A DNA stretch of 64,000 bases, from the IMG/VR virus record IMGVR_UViG_3300042914_002167, one strand, 5' to 3'. The position numbers were made by a program, and so were the translations under genes. This document shows, in pieces, positions 19,667-29,491 of this stretch; the first letter of the stretch is position 1; each line of letters opens with the position of its first letter. The stretch is from a virus. The notes beneath the pieces were generated by a model, which saw only the letters and a list, made by a program, of their open reading frames with translations, made no database searches and was not told the DNA's origin.

Positions 19667-20101
19667 ATGGGTCAGACTACCACAATCCACACCATCTACG
19701 GCGTTTCCAAGGCTAAGACCGACAAGGCTATCCTTGTTGAGATTGAAGACAACGGCTCGGCTAAACAGTCCTGGATGCCGTTGTCTGTTGCTGCTGTTAA
19801 GTTCATCGGCAAGAATTTCCAAGTCAAGGTGACCGTTCCTGGCTGGTTCTTCCGCAAGATAGCATGGAAGGCTCCTCAGCCTTTCACTCCTAAGGCTAAG
19901 CCTGCGGCTCCTAAGAATCCTTACATCGGTTCCGACGTTGGTAACATGATGGAAGAACAGATGATTCTGTCAGAACAGATTGACGCCTACCAAGAAGGCG
20001 CATTCGGTGAAGGTCTTGAACAGGATCGCATCATGCAAGACCTGTCCCGTCGAATCGAAATGATTCGGGAAGCTGTTGCTTTTGCGCAACAAACTGCTTG
20101 A
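19667..20101 (+). CDS. Early hypothetical protein
   Basis: SD GAGG; KTDKAILV...WMPLS. Confidence 0.65.
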   Translation: MGQTTTIHTIYGVSKAKTDKAILVEIEDNGSAKQSWMPLSVAAVKFIGKNFQVKVTVPGWFFRKIAWKAPQPFTPKAKPAAPKNPYIGSDVGNMMEEQMILSEQIDAYQEGAFGEGLEQDRIMQDLSRRIEMIREAVAFAQQTA

Positions 20102-20126
20102 CAAGTCACCCGATCCGCGCTAGAAT
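20074..20126 (+). promoter_or_regulatory. Early promoter with palindromic box
   Basis: Box 20074-20091; TTGACA-17-TAGAAT. Confidence 0.75.
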
Positions 20127-20153
20127 GTATTCATTAGATCGGAGAACATAGAA

Positions 20154-22373
20154 ATGTCCCTTCAGCAAACCAAATCCATTCTAGCCAAACTTCTGGCTAC
20201 CGAGAACATCAAAGTGGAGTTTCGCAAAGTCGAGACTGCGTGTTTTGATGTCAAGACTCGCACCATGACTCTGCCCCTGTGGGATGATATGTCTTCGGAA
20301 CTCTATGACCTGCTTGGCGGGCATGAAGTCGGTCACGCACTACACACTCCAGCGCAAGGCTGGCATGATGCTCTTGATGAGAAGATTGGTAAGAACTTCA
20401 AGACCTTCCTCAATGTGATTGAGGACGCTCGGATTGAGCGCAAGATCAAAGAAAAGTTTCCTGGCATTCGCAAGTCCTTCTTCAAGGGCTACGGTGAACT
20501 TCTGGAGAAGAACTTCTTTGGTATTCGCGATGTTGATATCAACGGTCTTCTGTTGATCGACCGCATCAACCTGCATTACAAGATCGGTTCTCTGGCTGGC
20601 GTTGACTTCTCTTCGGATGAACAAGTCTTTATCCGTCGCATTGACGTGGCTGAGACTTGGGCTGAAGTTGTTCAGATTGCCAAGGATTTGTTTGCATACT
20701 GCAAGCAAGAAATGGAAGAGATGCGCCAAGAACAAATGGAGCGCATGATGTCCATGAAGATGAATGACTTCGGTGAGTCTGGCGACAGTGAGCAAGGCGA
20801 GAAGTCCGAAGGAGACGCTGATGGGGAGTCAGAAGATGATGACGGCTTTGACTTCAGCGACTACGGCGATGATGAGCTGGACAGTGGCGATGAGGAGTCA
20901 TCTGCTGGCGATCCTCAAGACTCCGACGATTCTGAGGAACAACTGAAGGGTGCTGGTGGTACTGGATACTCTCACGTATATGAGGGTCAAGAAGAGCCTG
21001 TTTCTATCACCGATAAGAACTTCCAAGAGAAGGTGAAGACTCTTGCTCAAGGTAAGACTGTTCAAAACGGTTTCTTGCCCGGCTTCGCGAAGACCGATGT
21101 TAGCAAGGTTGTGGTTGACTGGCGTAAGATGTACGGCAACGTTGCCGACGGTTCTTCGGAATACTACAAGACTACTGCTTTCACTGAGTTTGAATCCAAG
21201 AACAAGAATGCCATCTCTTACCTTGTCAAGGAATTTGAGATGCGCAAGCGGGCTGCTGAGTTGCGCCGTGTGTCAATCTCTGACACTGGTATGATTGATA
21301 CTAACCTGCTGCATTCCTACAAGTTCTCGGACAACATCTTCCGCAAGATCGCTACTGTTGCAGAAGGCAAGAATCACGGGCTTGTTGCGATGGTTGACTG
21401 GTCTGGTTCCATGCAGAATAACCTGTACGGCAGCGTTGAACAGTTCCTGATTCTGACGATGTTCTGTCGTAAGTTGAACATTCCGTTTGAAGTGTACGCC
21501 TTCAGCGACAACCATGTTCAACCAGATGCATTTCAGTGGATGGACTTCTCTGCGCCGAACGTGATTGACCTGCGTCAAGGCTTCCAGTTGCTGAATTTGA
21601 TGTCCAGTCGGATGAGCAACCTTGCATTCCGTAAGATGGCTAATGATCTTCTGAATGTTGCGGCTGCGTATTCTGGGTACGGTGAAAATCACGGATACTA
21701 CGCCCGCGCGCGGCTTGACGGGATTGTAAATTCTAAGATCACACTTGGTGGTACTCCGCTGAATGCGTCAATCGTAGCCTTGTCTAAGGTTGTTGCAGAC
21801 TTCCGCGTCAAGAATCGTCTGGAGATCGTAAACACGGTTATCCTGACTGACGGTGAAGACTCTGACTATCTTTACACTCTGAACAGCACCGAAAAGTATC
21901 GTGGGCTGTATCAAGAGAGTGCTCACACCGTTTCTTATATCTTTGATGATGAGACTAAGAGGAGTTACAGGATCGGCCCTAAGGGTGTGACTCCGACCCT
22001 TCTTGAAATTCTCAAGGCTCGGACTGGCACCAATCTTGTTGGTTTCTATGTGGTCACCAACAATAAGAAGCATTTTGATCAGGCTGTATATCGTCTGAAC
22101 AACAGTATGCTTCAACCCGCCCGCGAAAAGGCTCTGCGTGAATTTCGCGAAAACGGTGTGTACACAATGGAAGGTTGGGGTTACGATGAATACTATATGA
22201 TTCCTGGTGGTAAGGCGATGGAAGCCTCTGATGATAGTCTTGAAGATATCCTCAAGGACGACACTGGCGGTAAGGTTAGCACTCGCCGCCTGAGTGGTGC
22301 GTTCCTGAAACTTAACCAAAATCGATTGAACTCCCGAATCCTATTGAAAAAATTCATCGAAAAGACCACCTAA
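20154..22373 (+). CDS. HExxH peptidase-like plus VWA domain protein (CobT-like)
   Basis: HEVGHAL, NVIEDARIE, acidic linker, MIDAS DWSGSM, GGTPL, LTDG. Confidence 0.82.
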   Translation: MSLQQTKSILAKLLATENIKVEFRKVETACFDVKTRTMTLPLWDDMSSELYDLLGGHEVGHALHTPAQGWHDALDEKIGKNFKTFLNVIEDARIERKIKEKFPGIRKSFFKGYGELLEKNFFGIRDVDINGLLLIDRINLHYKIGSLAGVDFSSDEQVFIRRIDVAETWAEVVQIAKDLFAYCKQEMEEMRQEQMERMMSMKMNDFGESGDSEQGEKSEGDADGESEDDDGFDFSDYGDDELDSGDEESSAGDPQDSDDSEEQLKGAGGTGYSHVYEGQEEPVSITDKNFQEKVKTLAQGKTVQNGFLPGFAKTDVSKVVVDWRKMYGNVADGSSEYYKTTAFTEFESKNKNAISYLVKEFEMRKRAAELRRVSISDTGMIDTNLLHSYKFSDNIFRKIATVAEGKNHGLVAMVDWSGSMQNNLYGSVEQFLILTMFCRKLNIPFEVYAFSDNHVQPDAFQWMDFSAPNVIDLRQGFQLLNLMSSRMSNLAFRKMANDLLNVAAAYSGYGENHGYYARARLDGIVNSKITLGGTPLNASIVALSKVVADFRVKNRLEIVNTVILTDGEDSDYLYTLNSTEKYRGLYQESAHTVSYIFDDETKRSYRIGPKGVTPTLLEILKARTGTNLVGFYVVTNNKKHFDQAVYRLNNSMLQPAREKALREFRENGVYTMEGWGYDEYYMIPGGKAMEASDDSLEDILKDDTGGKVSTRRLSGAFLKLNQNRLNSRILLKKFIEKTT

Positions 22374-22378
22374 AGCGC

Positions 22379-22407
22379 TTGACGGGTGGTAAAAAGTGAT
22401 GTATACT
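22379..22407 (+). promoter_or_regulatory. Sigma70-like promoter
   Basis: TTGACG-17-TATACT. Confidence 0.7.
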
Positions 22408-22441
22408 GGATCTATTGATTGATAAAGAAAGGCTCTAAATC

Positions 22442-23620
22442 ATGTTTACCGTGTCTGAGAAAGTTGCGTATCTGACTGAAGCCGCAAGCCGTTTCGGCGG
22501 TGAGGCTTCCCGTGACCAACTGGCTAGTCTGGCTGCTGAGGGTTTTCCTAAGCATCTCTGGCTTCAGAACAAAGAGTATCGCACCGGGCGTGGCATGTAT
22601 CGCCTGCCTCTGCAAGAGTTTGGCATTGATATGGCTCGACTTGCAGTTGTGCCTAAAGCAGCGGCTGAGACTCCTGTTTTTGCTCCTGTTGTTGCTCAAC
22701 CTCAAGTGCAACAGAAATCCATCTCTACGGTGGCTAAGTTCACCGACAAGGCGATTGTACCTTCTCGCGATCCTCTGTTCGTAGAATTTGGCTTCTTTGA
22801 TAAGATGAAGATGGTGATCAAGTCTAGGCAGTTCTACCCAGTCTTTGTGTCTGGTCTGTCTGGTAACGGTAAGACAATGATGGTTGAACAAGCCTGCGCG
22901 GCTCTTCAACGTGAGTATCTGCGAGTCAACATCTCTCCCGAGACTTGCGAAGATGACCTGATTGGTGGCTTTCGTCTGATTGATGGAGAGACTCGCTGGT
23001 ACGATGGTCCTGTTATCCAGGCTATGAAGTCTGGCGCAATTCTGTGCTTGGACGAGATTGACCGTGGATCTAATAAGCTAATGTGCCTGCAAGCTATTCT
23101 GGAAGGTAAGCCCTACCTGATCAAGAAGACTGGCGAGTATGTTCAACCGGCTGCTGGTTTCAACATTGTTGCTACTGCTAACACCAAGGGCAAGGGCGAT
23201 GAAACTGGTCGCTTCATGGCCGCGACGATTCTGGACGATGCCTTCCTTGAGCGTTTCCCGATCACGGTTGAGCAAGAATATCCTGACGTCAAGATAGAGA
23301 CTAAGATTCTGAGCCGAGTCTTTGACAGTCTTGGGCTGACTGATAAGGAGTTCGCAGTCAATCTTGTCAAGTGGGCTGATATCATCCGCAAGACCTTCAC
23401 TGAAGGTGCCATTGATGAGGTGATCGCAACTCGGCGTCTGGTCCACATCGCCAAGGCTTTCCAAATCTTCGGTGATCGCATGGCTGCGATTCAGTTCTGT
23501 ATCAACCGCTTTGATACCGAAACTAAGACTGCTTTCTTGGACCTCTACACCAAGATCGATGCGACTGAGACTGCACCTGCTGCACAGCCTGTAAGTCAGA
23601 ATCAGGAAGTGCCTTTTTAA
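22442..23620 (+). CDS. MoxR/CobS-like AAA+ ATPase
   Basis: GLSGNGKT, DDLIGG, LDEID, ATANTKG, AFLERF. Confidence 0.9.
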   Translation: MFTVSEKVAYLTEAASRFGGEASRDQLASLAAEGFPKHLWLQNKEYRTGRGMYRLPLQEFGIDMARLAVVPKAAAETPVFAPVVAQPQVQQKSISTVAKFTDKAIVPSRDPLFVEFGFFDKMKMVIKSRQFYPVFVSGLSGNGKTMMVEQACAALQREYLRVNISPETCEDDLIGGFRLIDGETRWYDGPVIQAMKSGAILCLDEIDRGSNKLMCLQAILEGKPYLIKKTGEYVQPAAGFNIVATANTKGKGDETGRFMAATILDDAFLERFPITVEQEYPDVKIETKILSRVFDSLGLTDKEFAVNLVKWADIIRKTFTEGAIDEVIATRRLVHIAKAFQIFGDRMAAIQFCINRFDTETKTAFLDLYTKIDATETAPAAQPVSQNQEVPF

Positions 23621-23643
23621 TTTTCTCCTGGCATAACTGCCTT

Positions 23644-23670
23644 AGAGACCACGAAAGTGGTCTCTTTTTT
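23644..23670 (+). terminator. Rho-independent terminator
   Basis: AGAGACCAC-GAAA-GTGGTCTCT followed by a T run. Confidence 0.9.
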
Positions 23671-23709
23671 CATATATAAGAGTACACATCCTAACATTAT
23701 GGAGATACT

Positions 23710-24549
23710 ATGGAACTTGAATTGAATCTAGAACAGCTACGACAAAAGAAATTATTCATTGCAACACCGATGTATGGTGGGCAATGTCATGGATCATACA
23801 CTAAAGCGGTGGCTGATCTAATGACAGTGTGTACCAAGTATGGAATTGATGCCCGTCTATTCTTCATCTTCAATGAATCATTGATCACTCGGGCTAGAAA
23901 TTATCTTGCAGATGAGTTTATCCGAAGTGATATGGATTATCTGTTCTTCATTGACAGTGACATTCATTTTGAGGCACAAGATGTTCTTGTCATGATGCAC
24001 CACGCAGTGAACAATCCAGAAATGGAAATCTTATGTGGAGCATATCCTAAGAAGACTATTTCTTGGGAGAAGATCAAAATGGCTGTTGATAAGGGTTTCG
24101 CCGACAAAAATCCAAACGTTCTTGATGAGTTTGTTGGGGACTATGTTTTCAATCCTATTGACGGAGTTACAACATTTAGAATTGATACTCCCATTCAAGT
24201 GAAAGAAGGTGGAACTGGATTCATGTTGATTCAAAGGAGCGCATTCGCTAAAATGGATGTTGCTTATCCTGAATTGCTTTACAAACCAGATCATGTTCGC
24301 ACTAAGAACTTTGATGGAAGTCGCGAGATCATGGCATACTTTGATACGGTGATTGATCCAAAGTCTAAACGATATTTGTCGGAAGACTACATGTTTTGTC
24401 AGTGGGCACGAAATGCTGGTTCTCAGGTTTGGATGCTACCCTGGATCAAGTTGAAGCATGCAGGAAACTACATCTTCGGTGGCTCCTTAGCAGCCCTAGC
24501 AGCCGTTGGCGCAAGCCCAACAGCCGATTCAACTGTGAAAAAGAGATAA
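23710..24549 (+). CDS. GT-A fold glycosyltransferase-like protein
   Basis: FIATPMYGG, ESLITRARN, FIDSDI, GTGFMLI, YLSEDY. Confidence 0.75.
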   Translation: MELELNLEQLRQKKLFIATPMYGGQCHGSYTKAVADLMTVCTKYGIDARLFFIFNESLITRARNYLADEFIRSDMDYLFFIDSDIHFEAQDVLVMMHHAVNNPEMEILCGAYPKKTISWEKIKMAVDKGFADKNPNVLDEFVGDYVFNPIDGVTTFRIDTPIQVKEGGTGFMLIQRSAFAKMDVAYPELLYKPDHVRTKNFDGSREIMAYFDTVIDPKSKRYLSEDYMFCQWARNAGSQVWMLPWIKLKHAGNYIFGGSLAALAAVGASPTADSTVKKR

Positions 24550-24551
24550 GC

Positions 24552-24749
24552 ATGATTGACAAGAATGTAGCTAGTGTAGTACAATTACTAGCAACTCGTA
24601 TGGAAGTTGGATTCAAGAAGTACGGTGTAACAACTGAGAGGAAAGACATTGATCTTCTTGGCTGGTTGCAACATCTTCAAGAGGAACTTCTAGATGCCGC
24701 AGTTTATATTGAACGACTAAAACAAGAGGTAAATAATGAAACTAAGTGA
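24552..24749 (+). CDS. Small hypothetical protein (possibly MazG-like helical)
   Basis: GFKKYGVT...WLQHLQEELLDAAVY. Confidence 0.55.
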   Translation: MIDKNVASVVQLLATRMEVGFKKYGVTTERKDIDLLGWLQHLQEELLDAAVYIERLKQEVNNETK

Positions 24750-25404
24750 AAGCACCCTAACATATCTGAAGAACTTCTCTTCAATCAACTCTGGCATTGT
24801 ATTCCAAGAGGGCAATGTCATTAGAACAATTTCAAAGCAGCAAAACATCCTAGCTAAAGCTACTGTTGAAGAAACTTTCACCGACAAGTTTGCCATCTAT
24901 GATCTGAATAGGTTCCTCGCTTTGATCGGTTCCCTAAGTGATCCTTCCCTTGACATCTCTTCAGAGAAGAAGAACATCAAGATCAAGTCTGGATCATCTC
25001 AGACTGTATATGGGCTGTCTGATGAATCTCTTGTTGTTACTGCACCAGCAAAGGATCTGAAAGTCTCAGGAGAAGTCAAGTTCACTCTGTCTAAAGATGT
25101 CATGTCTTCAGTTCTAAAGATGGCAGGCATTCTTGGTCTTCCAAACATCTCAGTACGCGGCGACAGGAATGTCGTTTCCGTTGCAGCAGTGGATGTGAAG
25201 AATCCAGACTCCGATGTGTTTAGCGTGGAAGTAGGTAAGACAAAGACTGAGTTTGAAATGATCTTCTCTACAGAGAACTTCAAGATGATTCCTGGCGACT
25301 ATGAAGTGACAATCTCCTCAAAGGGCATCTCACATCTGAAGAACACAAAAGAGCCGATTGAATACTGGATCGCAATTGAATCTGGTTCTCGCTATGCCGA
25401 GTGA
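24736..25404 (+). CDS. gp45: Sliding clamp
   Basis: LKNFSSINSGI, FAIYDLNRFL, GDYEV, YWIAIE. Confidence 0.95.
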   Translation: MKLSESTLTYLKNFSSINSGIVFQEGNVIRTISKQQNILAKATVEETFTDKFAIYDLNRFLALIGSLSDPSLDISSEKKNIKIKSGSSQTVYGLSDESLVVTAPAKDLKVSGEVKFTLSKDVMSSVLKMAGILGLPNISVRGDRNVVSVAAVDVKNPDSDVFSVEVGKTKTEFEMIFSTENFKMIPGDYEVTISSKGISHLKNTKEPIEYWIAIESGSRYAE

Positions 25405-25423
25405 CAATACGGAGGATTTTATT

Positions 25424-25711
25424 ATGAGTCAACAAGTGCAATCCACGGGCATTGCAATTCCATCTTCGCCTGCTGATCGGCAGGCTATCAAGAATGCTCT
25501 TCAAGAGATTTCAAACTCTCTTACTCGCATTGAGGGTGAGCGTGACCTGATCAAGGACATTCTTCAGACTGTTCAGGACAATCAGAGCATTCCTAAGAAG
25601 TATGTGCGCAAGCTAGCTAAGATTTACCACAAGCAAAACTTCACCGAAGTCCAACAGGAACAGGAAGACGTTGAAGCACTGTATGAGACTGTGACAAGTC
25701 CAAACGTATGA
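25424..25711 (+). CDS. dsbA: dsDNA-binding protein DsbA-like
   Basis: EISNSLTRIEGERDLIKDI...KLAKIYHKQNF. Confidence 0.7.
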   Translation: MSQQVQSTGIAIPSSPADRQAIKNALQEISNSLTRIEGERDLIKDILQTVQDNQSIPKKYVRKLAKIYHKQNFTEVQQEQEDVEALYETVTSPNV

Positions 25712-26175
25712 TGTACTTTCCTGCTGTCGATTTCTCAAACAAAGAGTTTGAGAAAACCCTGACAGACTTCTATAAGTCAGATGAGTGGATGAATCTGAGA
25801 AATGATTTTAAGTCAAAAATGTCTCAATTCTGTCCTGTGTGTGGTTCTGAAGAGAAACTGATCGTCGATCACATCAATCCAATAAGATTTTTCTGGGAAC
25901 AGAGATTAGAAGAAAACAATCTTCAAATGCTATGTTCTGAGTGTAATCTAGAGAAGGGATATGGTATAGGATGGTCTTTACAGTGGCATATAGACAGTAA
26001 AAAAAGATTTGCAAAAAAGAAAGAGATGGACAGATTCAGATACTTTGAGCCAAAGAAAAAAAGGAACATAGTTCAAGAAGACGAAGTTCCTCCAGTAAAA
26101 ATCAAGTCTACAGAAAGTTCCAAAAAAATAAGAATTGTGAAGAAAGATGGAACAATCATAGAAAGAACCATCTGA
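25708..26175 (+). CDS. HNH endonuclease
   Basis: CPVCG...VDHINP...NLQMLCSECN. Confidence 0.85.
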   Translation: MMYFPAVDFSNKEFEKTLTDFYKSDEWMNLRNDFKSKMSQFCPVCGSEEKLIVDHINPIRFFWEQRLEENNLQMLCSECNLEKGYGIGWSLQWHIDSKKRFAKKKEMDRFRYFEPKKKRNIVQEDEVPPVKIKSTESSKKIRIVKKDGTIIERTI

Positions 26176-26233
26176 TTGCATTCTAACACTGTACGTGTTA
26201 CAATGTTTTTTTATGTTATGAATGGAGTGACTC

Positions 26234-27172
26234 ATGCTACAAGACTTCTTGTGGGTTGAAAAGTATCGCCCAAAGAAAGTGGCAGATACAATTCTGCCGG
26301 ACGATCTAAAGCAAACTTTCCAGCAGTTTGTGAACAACAAAGAGATTCCCAATCTCATCCTAGCCGGTGGACCTGGTATCGGTAAGACGACAATCGCCAA
26401 GGCAATGCTAGAGGAGATTGGTTGCTCTTACATTGTGATCAATGGTTCTATGAACGGTAACATCGACACACTACGCAATGAAATCAAAAACTTTGCATCA
26501 ACCGTTTCCTTCTCTGGTGGTAGAAAATATGTCATCCTTGATGAGGCTGATTATCTCAATCCGCAGTCTACGCAACCTGCTCTTCGCAACTTCATGGAAG
26601 AGTTTTCTGCTAATTGTGGCTTTATCCTTACTTGCAACTTTCTCAATCGTATCATCACGCCTCTACACAGCAGATGCTCCGTTATACAGTTCAAGATAAA
26701 CAAGGCTGATCGCCCTAAACTTGCAACACAGTTCTTTGGGCGAGTGATGAAGATTCTCAAGACTGAGAACATTGAATTTGATCCGAAAGTTCTTCCTGAG
26801 TTGATCATGAAGTTCTTTCCTGATTGGCGTCGAGTTCTCAATGAACTTCAACGCTACTCAGCGACTGGTAAGATTGACTCTGGCATTCTAGCCAACGTCA
26901 AAGATGTCTCACTGAAGAATCTTGCATCTGCATTGAAAGAGAAAGACTTCTCTACGATGCGCAAGTGGGTTGTTGAGAATCTGGACAATGATCCAGCAGC
27001 AATCTTTCGCAACATCTTTGACACTGCGAATGAACATCTTCAACCAAACTCCATTCCACAGTTGGTGATTCTTCTTGCAGACTATCAGTATAAGTCTGCG
27101 TTCGTCACGGATCAAGAAATCAATCTCGTTGCTTTTCTGACTGAAGTCATGGCATCATGTGAGTTCAAATGA
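26234..27172 (+). CDS. gp44: Clamp loader large subunit
   Basis: WVEKYRP, GPGIGKT, LDEAD, SRC. Confidence 0.96.
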   Translation: MLQDFLWVEKYRPKKVADTILPDDLKQTFQQFVNNKEIPNLILAGGPGIGKTTIAKAMLEEIGCSYIVINGSMNGNIDTLRNEIKNFASTVSFSGGRKYVILDEADYLNPQSTQPALRNFMEEFSANCGFILTCNFLNRIITPLHSRCSVIQFKINKADRPKLATQFFGRVMKILKTENIEFDPKVLPELIMKFFPDWRRVLNELQRYSATGKIDSGILANVKDVSLKNLASALKEKDFSTMRKWVVENLDNDPAAIFRNIFDTANEHLQPNSIPQLVILLADYQYKSAFVTDQEINLVAFLTEVMASCEFK

Positions 27173-27591
27173 CACCGTTTGATTTCATCAAAGCAATCTC
27201 AGAGAGCAAAGAGAATCTGTTGGTTGGAACAGACAATGACGAATTGACTGAAAAGGAGTATGAACCCTTTATCGTCAATCGTGGTTTGTCTTTCTTTCCA
27301 GACACAATTCTCTATGTCAACGAGATGAATGTTCGCGCATCTCTAGGTAAAACTCCTCAATTCCTATTTCTTCTAAATAGCATTAGACCACGAAAGCGAT
27401 ATAGCAAGTGGCTAAAAAAAGAGAAATTGGATGATGTACAGATTGTCTCTGAATACTATGGATACAGTCTTGCCAAATCCAAGGAAGCACTCAAGGTCTT
27501 GACTGATGATCAGATCAAGATCATAAAAACAGCATTAGAAAAAGGTGGAGTGAACACCAAGGAGAAAAAGGATGCAAGAAAACTATGTTGA
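27169..27591 (+). CDS. gp62: Clamp loader small subunit
   Basis: PFIVNRGLS, RKRYSKW, EYYGYS. Confidence 0.92.
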   Translation: MTPFDFIKAISESKENLLVGTDNDELTEKEYEPFIVNRGLSFFPDTILYVNEMNVRASLGKTPQFLFLLNSIRPRKRYSKWLKKEKLDDVQIVSEYYGYSLAKSKEALKVLTDDQIKIIKTALEKGGVNTKEKKDARKLC

Positions 27592-27982
27592 CAGTCTGCT
27601 GGAGGTGAGACTAAAAAAAGAAGACGATTTTCTAAAAGTCAGAGAGACATTGATGCGAATCGGTGTGGCGTCAAGAAAAGACAAGAGACTGTATCAGTCG
27701 TGCCACATTCTTCATAAGAGGGGCAAATACTACATTGTACACTTCAAGGAGTTGTTTGCGCTAGATGGCAAACCAACAGACTTTGATGACAGTGATCTTG
27801 GGCGTAGAAACACCATCTCAAATCTTCTTTCTGAATGGGGATTGATTGAAATTGTTATTCCAGAAAGATCAAAAGAACCAGTCGCGCCACTCTCGCAGAT
27901 CAAGGTTATTGCGTACAGTGAAAAGAACGATTGGGAATTAATAACAAAATATAATATCGGAAACAACAAGCGTAAAGATTGA
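27572..27982 (+). CDS. regA: Translational repressor RegA
   Basis: DDFLKVRETL.RIGVAS, LYQSCHILHK, IVHFKELFALDG. Confidence 0.96.
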   Translation: MQENYVDSLLEVRLKKEDDFLKVRETLMRIGVASRKDKRLYQSCHILHKRGKYYIVHFKELFALDGKPTDFDDSDLGRRNTISNLLSEWGLIEIVIPERSKEPVAPLSQIKVIAYSEKNDWELITKYNIGNNKRKD

Positions 27983-28007
27983 CAATCCAACGAGGATGTG
28001 TCATAAT
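27979..28007 (+). promoter_or_regulatory. Sigma70-like promoter
   Basis: TTGACA-17-CATAAT. Confidence 0.7.
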
Positions 28008-28065
28008 AGAGTCTGATGCGATGTAGCATCGGTAAAATTTCTAACTGATTTGAAAGGTAATTATC

Positions 28066-28296
28066 ATGGCATTTGTAAATTCTAGCAAGACGCAAAACGA
28101 GCAACTCATCTCCCACCTTCGTGGCACCTGCCGCACACTTAGCGCACCTCAAGCACGAGCATTGTTCGGCGTCAAGAACCTTCGCGCCCGCATGAGCGAA
28201 CTTCGTCAGATGGGCTTCCGTGTTCGCACTTCAAAGAACACTTTGGGCAACACAACCTATGCAGTTGCCCGCCGCATGCAGTGGCAATTTAACTAA
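28066..28296 (+). CDS. Small winged-HTH protein
   Basis: LSAPQARALFGVKNLRARMSELRQMG. Confidence 0.7.
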   Translation: MAFVNSSKTQNEQLISHLRGTCRTLSAPQARALFGVKNLRARMSELRQMGFRVRTSKNTLGNTTYAVARRMQWQFN

Positions 28297-28345
28297 AAAA
28301 ATGTGCAAATACAGTCTTTATTAGGCTTGTTTGCACATAAATCTG

Positions 28346-28512
28346 TATAAATAAGATACCCAACGGGATGGGAACGTAAAGACTCTACCACCTTAGGAGC
28401 GTCTAACGCCGATGCAACGATATGGCATCCCTGTATTCGGTAAGCAGGAACTACGCTACGCCTTCGGGGTAGCATTTTCATTTTTACTCGCTTAATCAAA
28501 GGAGAAACTATC
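28346..28512 (+). promoter_or_regulatory. Late promoter and structured hsp20 leader with a ROSE-like SD hairpin
   Basis: TATAAATA at 28346; several hairpins; CTC(G)CTT can pair with AAGGAG leaving a bulged G. Confidence 0.6.
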
Positions 28513-28989
28513 ATGACAAATCTTTCCGCATTCGGTCCAGGCTTCAAAGACTTCGACAAGTATTTTGTGGGCTTTGAAGATCAATTCAATCGCCTTTCTA
28601 AGATGCACGATGATCTTACAAAGAGCATTCCTAACTACCCCCCGTACAACATCAAGAAAACTGGCGAAAACACTTACGCTATTGAACTTGCTGTTGCTGG
28701 TTTTGGTAAGCAGGACATTGAAATTGAACTAGCTGAAGGCAAGTTGATTGTTAAGGGAACTACATCTGATAACTCAGATGAAAATTTCCTATTCAAGGGT
28801 ATCGCAAATCGCGCATTCACACGCGCATTCGCCCTAGACGACCAAGTTGAAGTTCAAGACGCTGAGATGATCAACGGAATGCTTCGCATCTTCTTGGAGC
28901 GTATCATCCCTGAGCATAAGAAGCCAAAGAAGATCGCAGTCAAGGAAAAGGCTGAGAAGACATCTTCAAAGCAATTTCTAGCTGAGTGA
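28513..28989 (+). CDS. hsp20: Small heat shock protein (IbpA-like)
   Basis: NYPPYNI, IELAVAGF, GIANRAFTRAF, NGMLRI. Confidence 0.95.
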   Translation: MTNLSAFGPGFKDFDKYFVGFEDQFNRLSKMHDDLTKSIPNYPPYNIKKTGENTYAIELAVAGFGKQDIEIELAEGKLIVKGTTSDNSDENFLFKGIANRAFTRAFALDDQVEVQDAEMINGMLRIFLERIIPEHKKPKKIAVKEKAEKTSSKQFLAE

Positions 28990-28993
28990 TATC

Positions 28994-29086
28994 ATGTGGA
29001 CTAAATTGAAGACATTCCTTCTAACTATACTTGAAGGCTTGCAAGAAGCAAGAGAGAATCAAGCTAGAAAGAGAATCGGTCGCTAG
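28994..29086 (+). CDS. Putative 30-aa peptide
   Basis: MWTKLKTFLLTILEGLQEARENQARKRIGR, followed by a GGGGC-GCAA-GCCCC hairpin. Confidence 0.4.
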   Translation: MWTKLKTFLLTILEGLQEARENQARKRIGR

Positions 29087-29131
29087 CATACAAGGGGGCG
29101 CAAGCCCCCATTCGTTTACTGAAAGGTTATT

Positions 29132-29491
29132 ATGAACCCATTTATTGATCAACTCAACTTCATGCAAGCATGTGATCAGAGTACAGACGCATACAACGAA
29201 GCGCAGTTTCAATTGTATCAGCGGCTAATCCACGAAGAAGTTGAAGAACTAAATACTGCTACCGATCCGGTTGAGCAATTGGACGCTCTTGTTGACATTC
29301 TTGTTGTCACTATAGGAGCAATGCATAGCCTTGGTGTAAACGCTGAAGGTGCATGGAATGAAGTCATGAAAACAAACTTCGCAAAAGTGGATTGGGCAAC
29401 TAAGAAAGTCATCAAGCGGGCTGATGGCAAAGTTCTAAAGCCTGAAGGATGGCAATCGCCACAACTGGAGAAGTTTGTTCTACCTAGATAA
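29132..29491 (+). CDS. MazG/PRA-PH-like nucleotide pyrophosphohydrolase
   Basis: LIHEEVEEL, DALVDILVV, EVMKTNFAK, RADGKVLKP. Confidence 0.8.
   Translation: MNPFIDQLNFMQACDQSTDAYNEAQFQLYQRLIHEEVEELNTATDPVEQLDALVDILVVTIGAMHSLGVNAEGAWNEVMKTNFAKVDWATKKVIKRADGKVLKPEGWQSPQLEKFVLPR

Noticed and set aside
20340-23481. Multiple minus-strand ORFs over the VWA/AAA genes
   Set aside because: Antisense shadows of strongly codon-biased genes with clear plus-strand motifs.
22442-23620. Cobalamin biosynthesis (cobS/cobT) as an auxiliary metabolic pathway
   Set aside because: No cobN or other cob genes are in the window, and the motifs support only a generic MoxR-VWA pair.
28360-28450. tRNA/tmRNA or self-cleaving ribozyme in the hsp20 leader
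   Set aside because: No T-loop or cloverleaf, and no hammerhead, twister or HDV core could be matched by eye.
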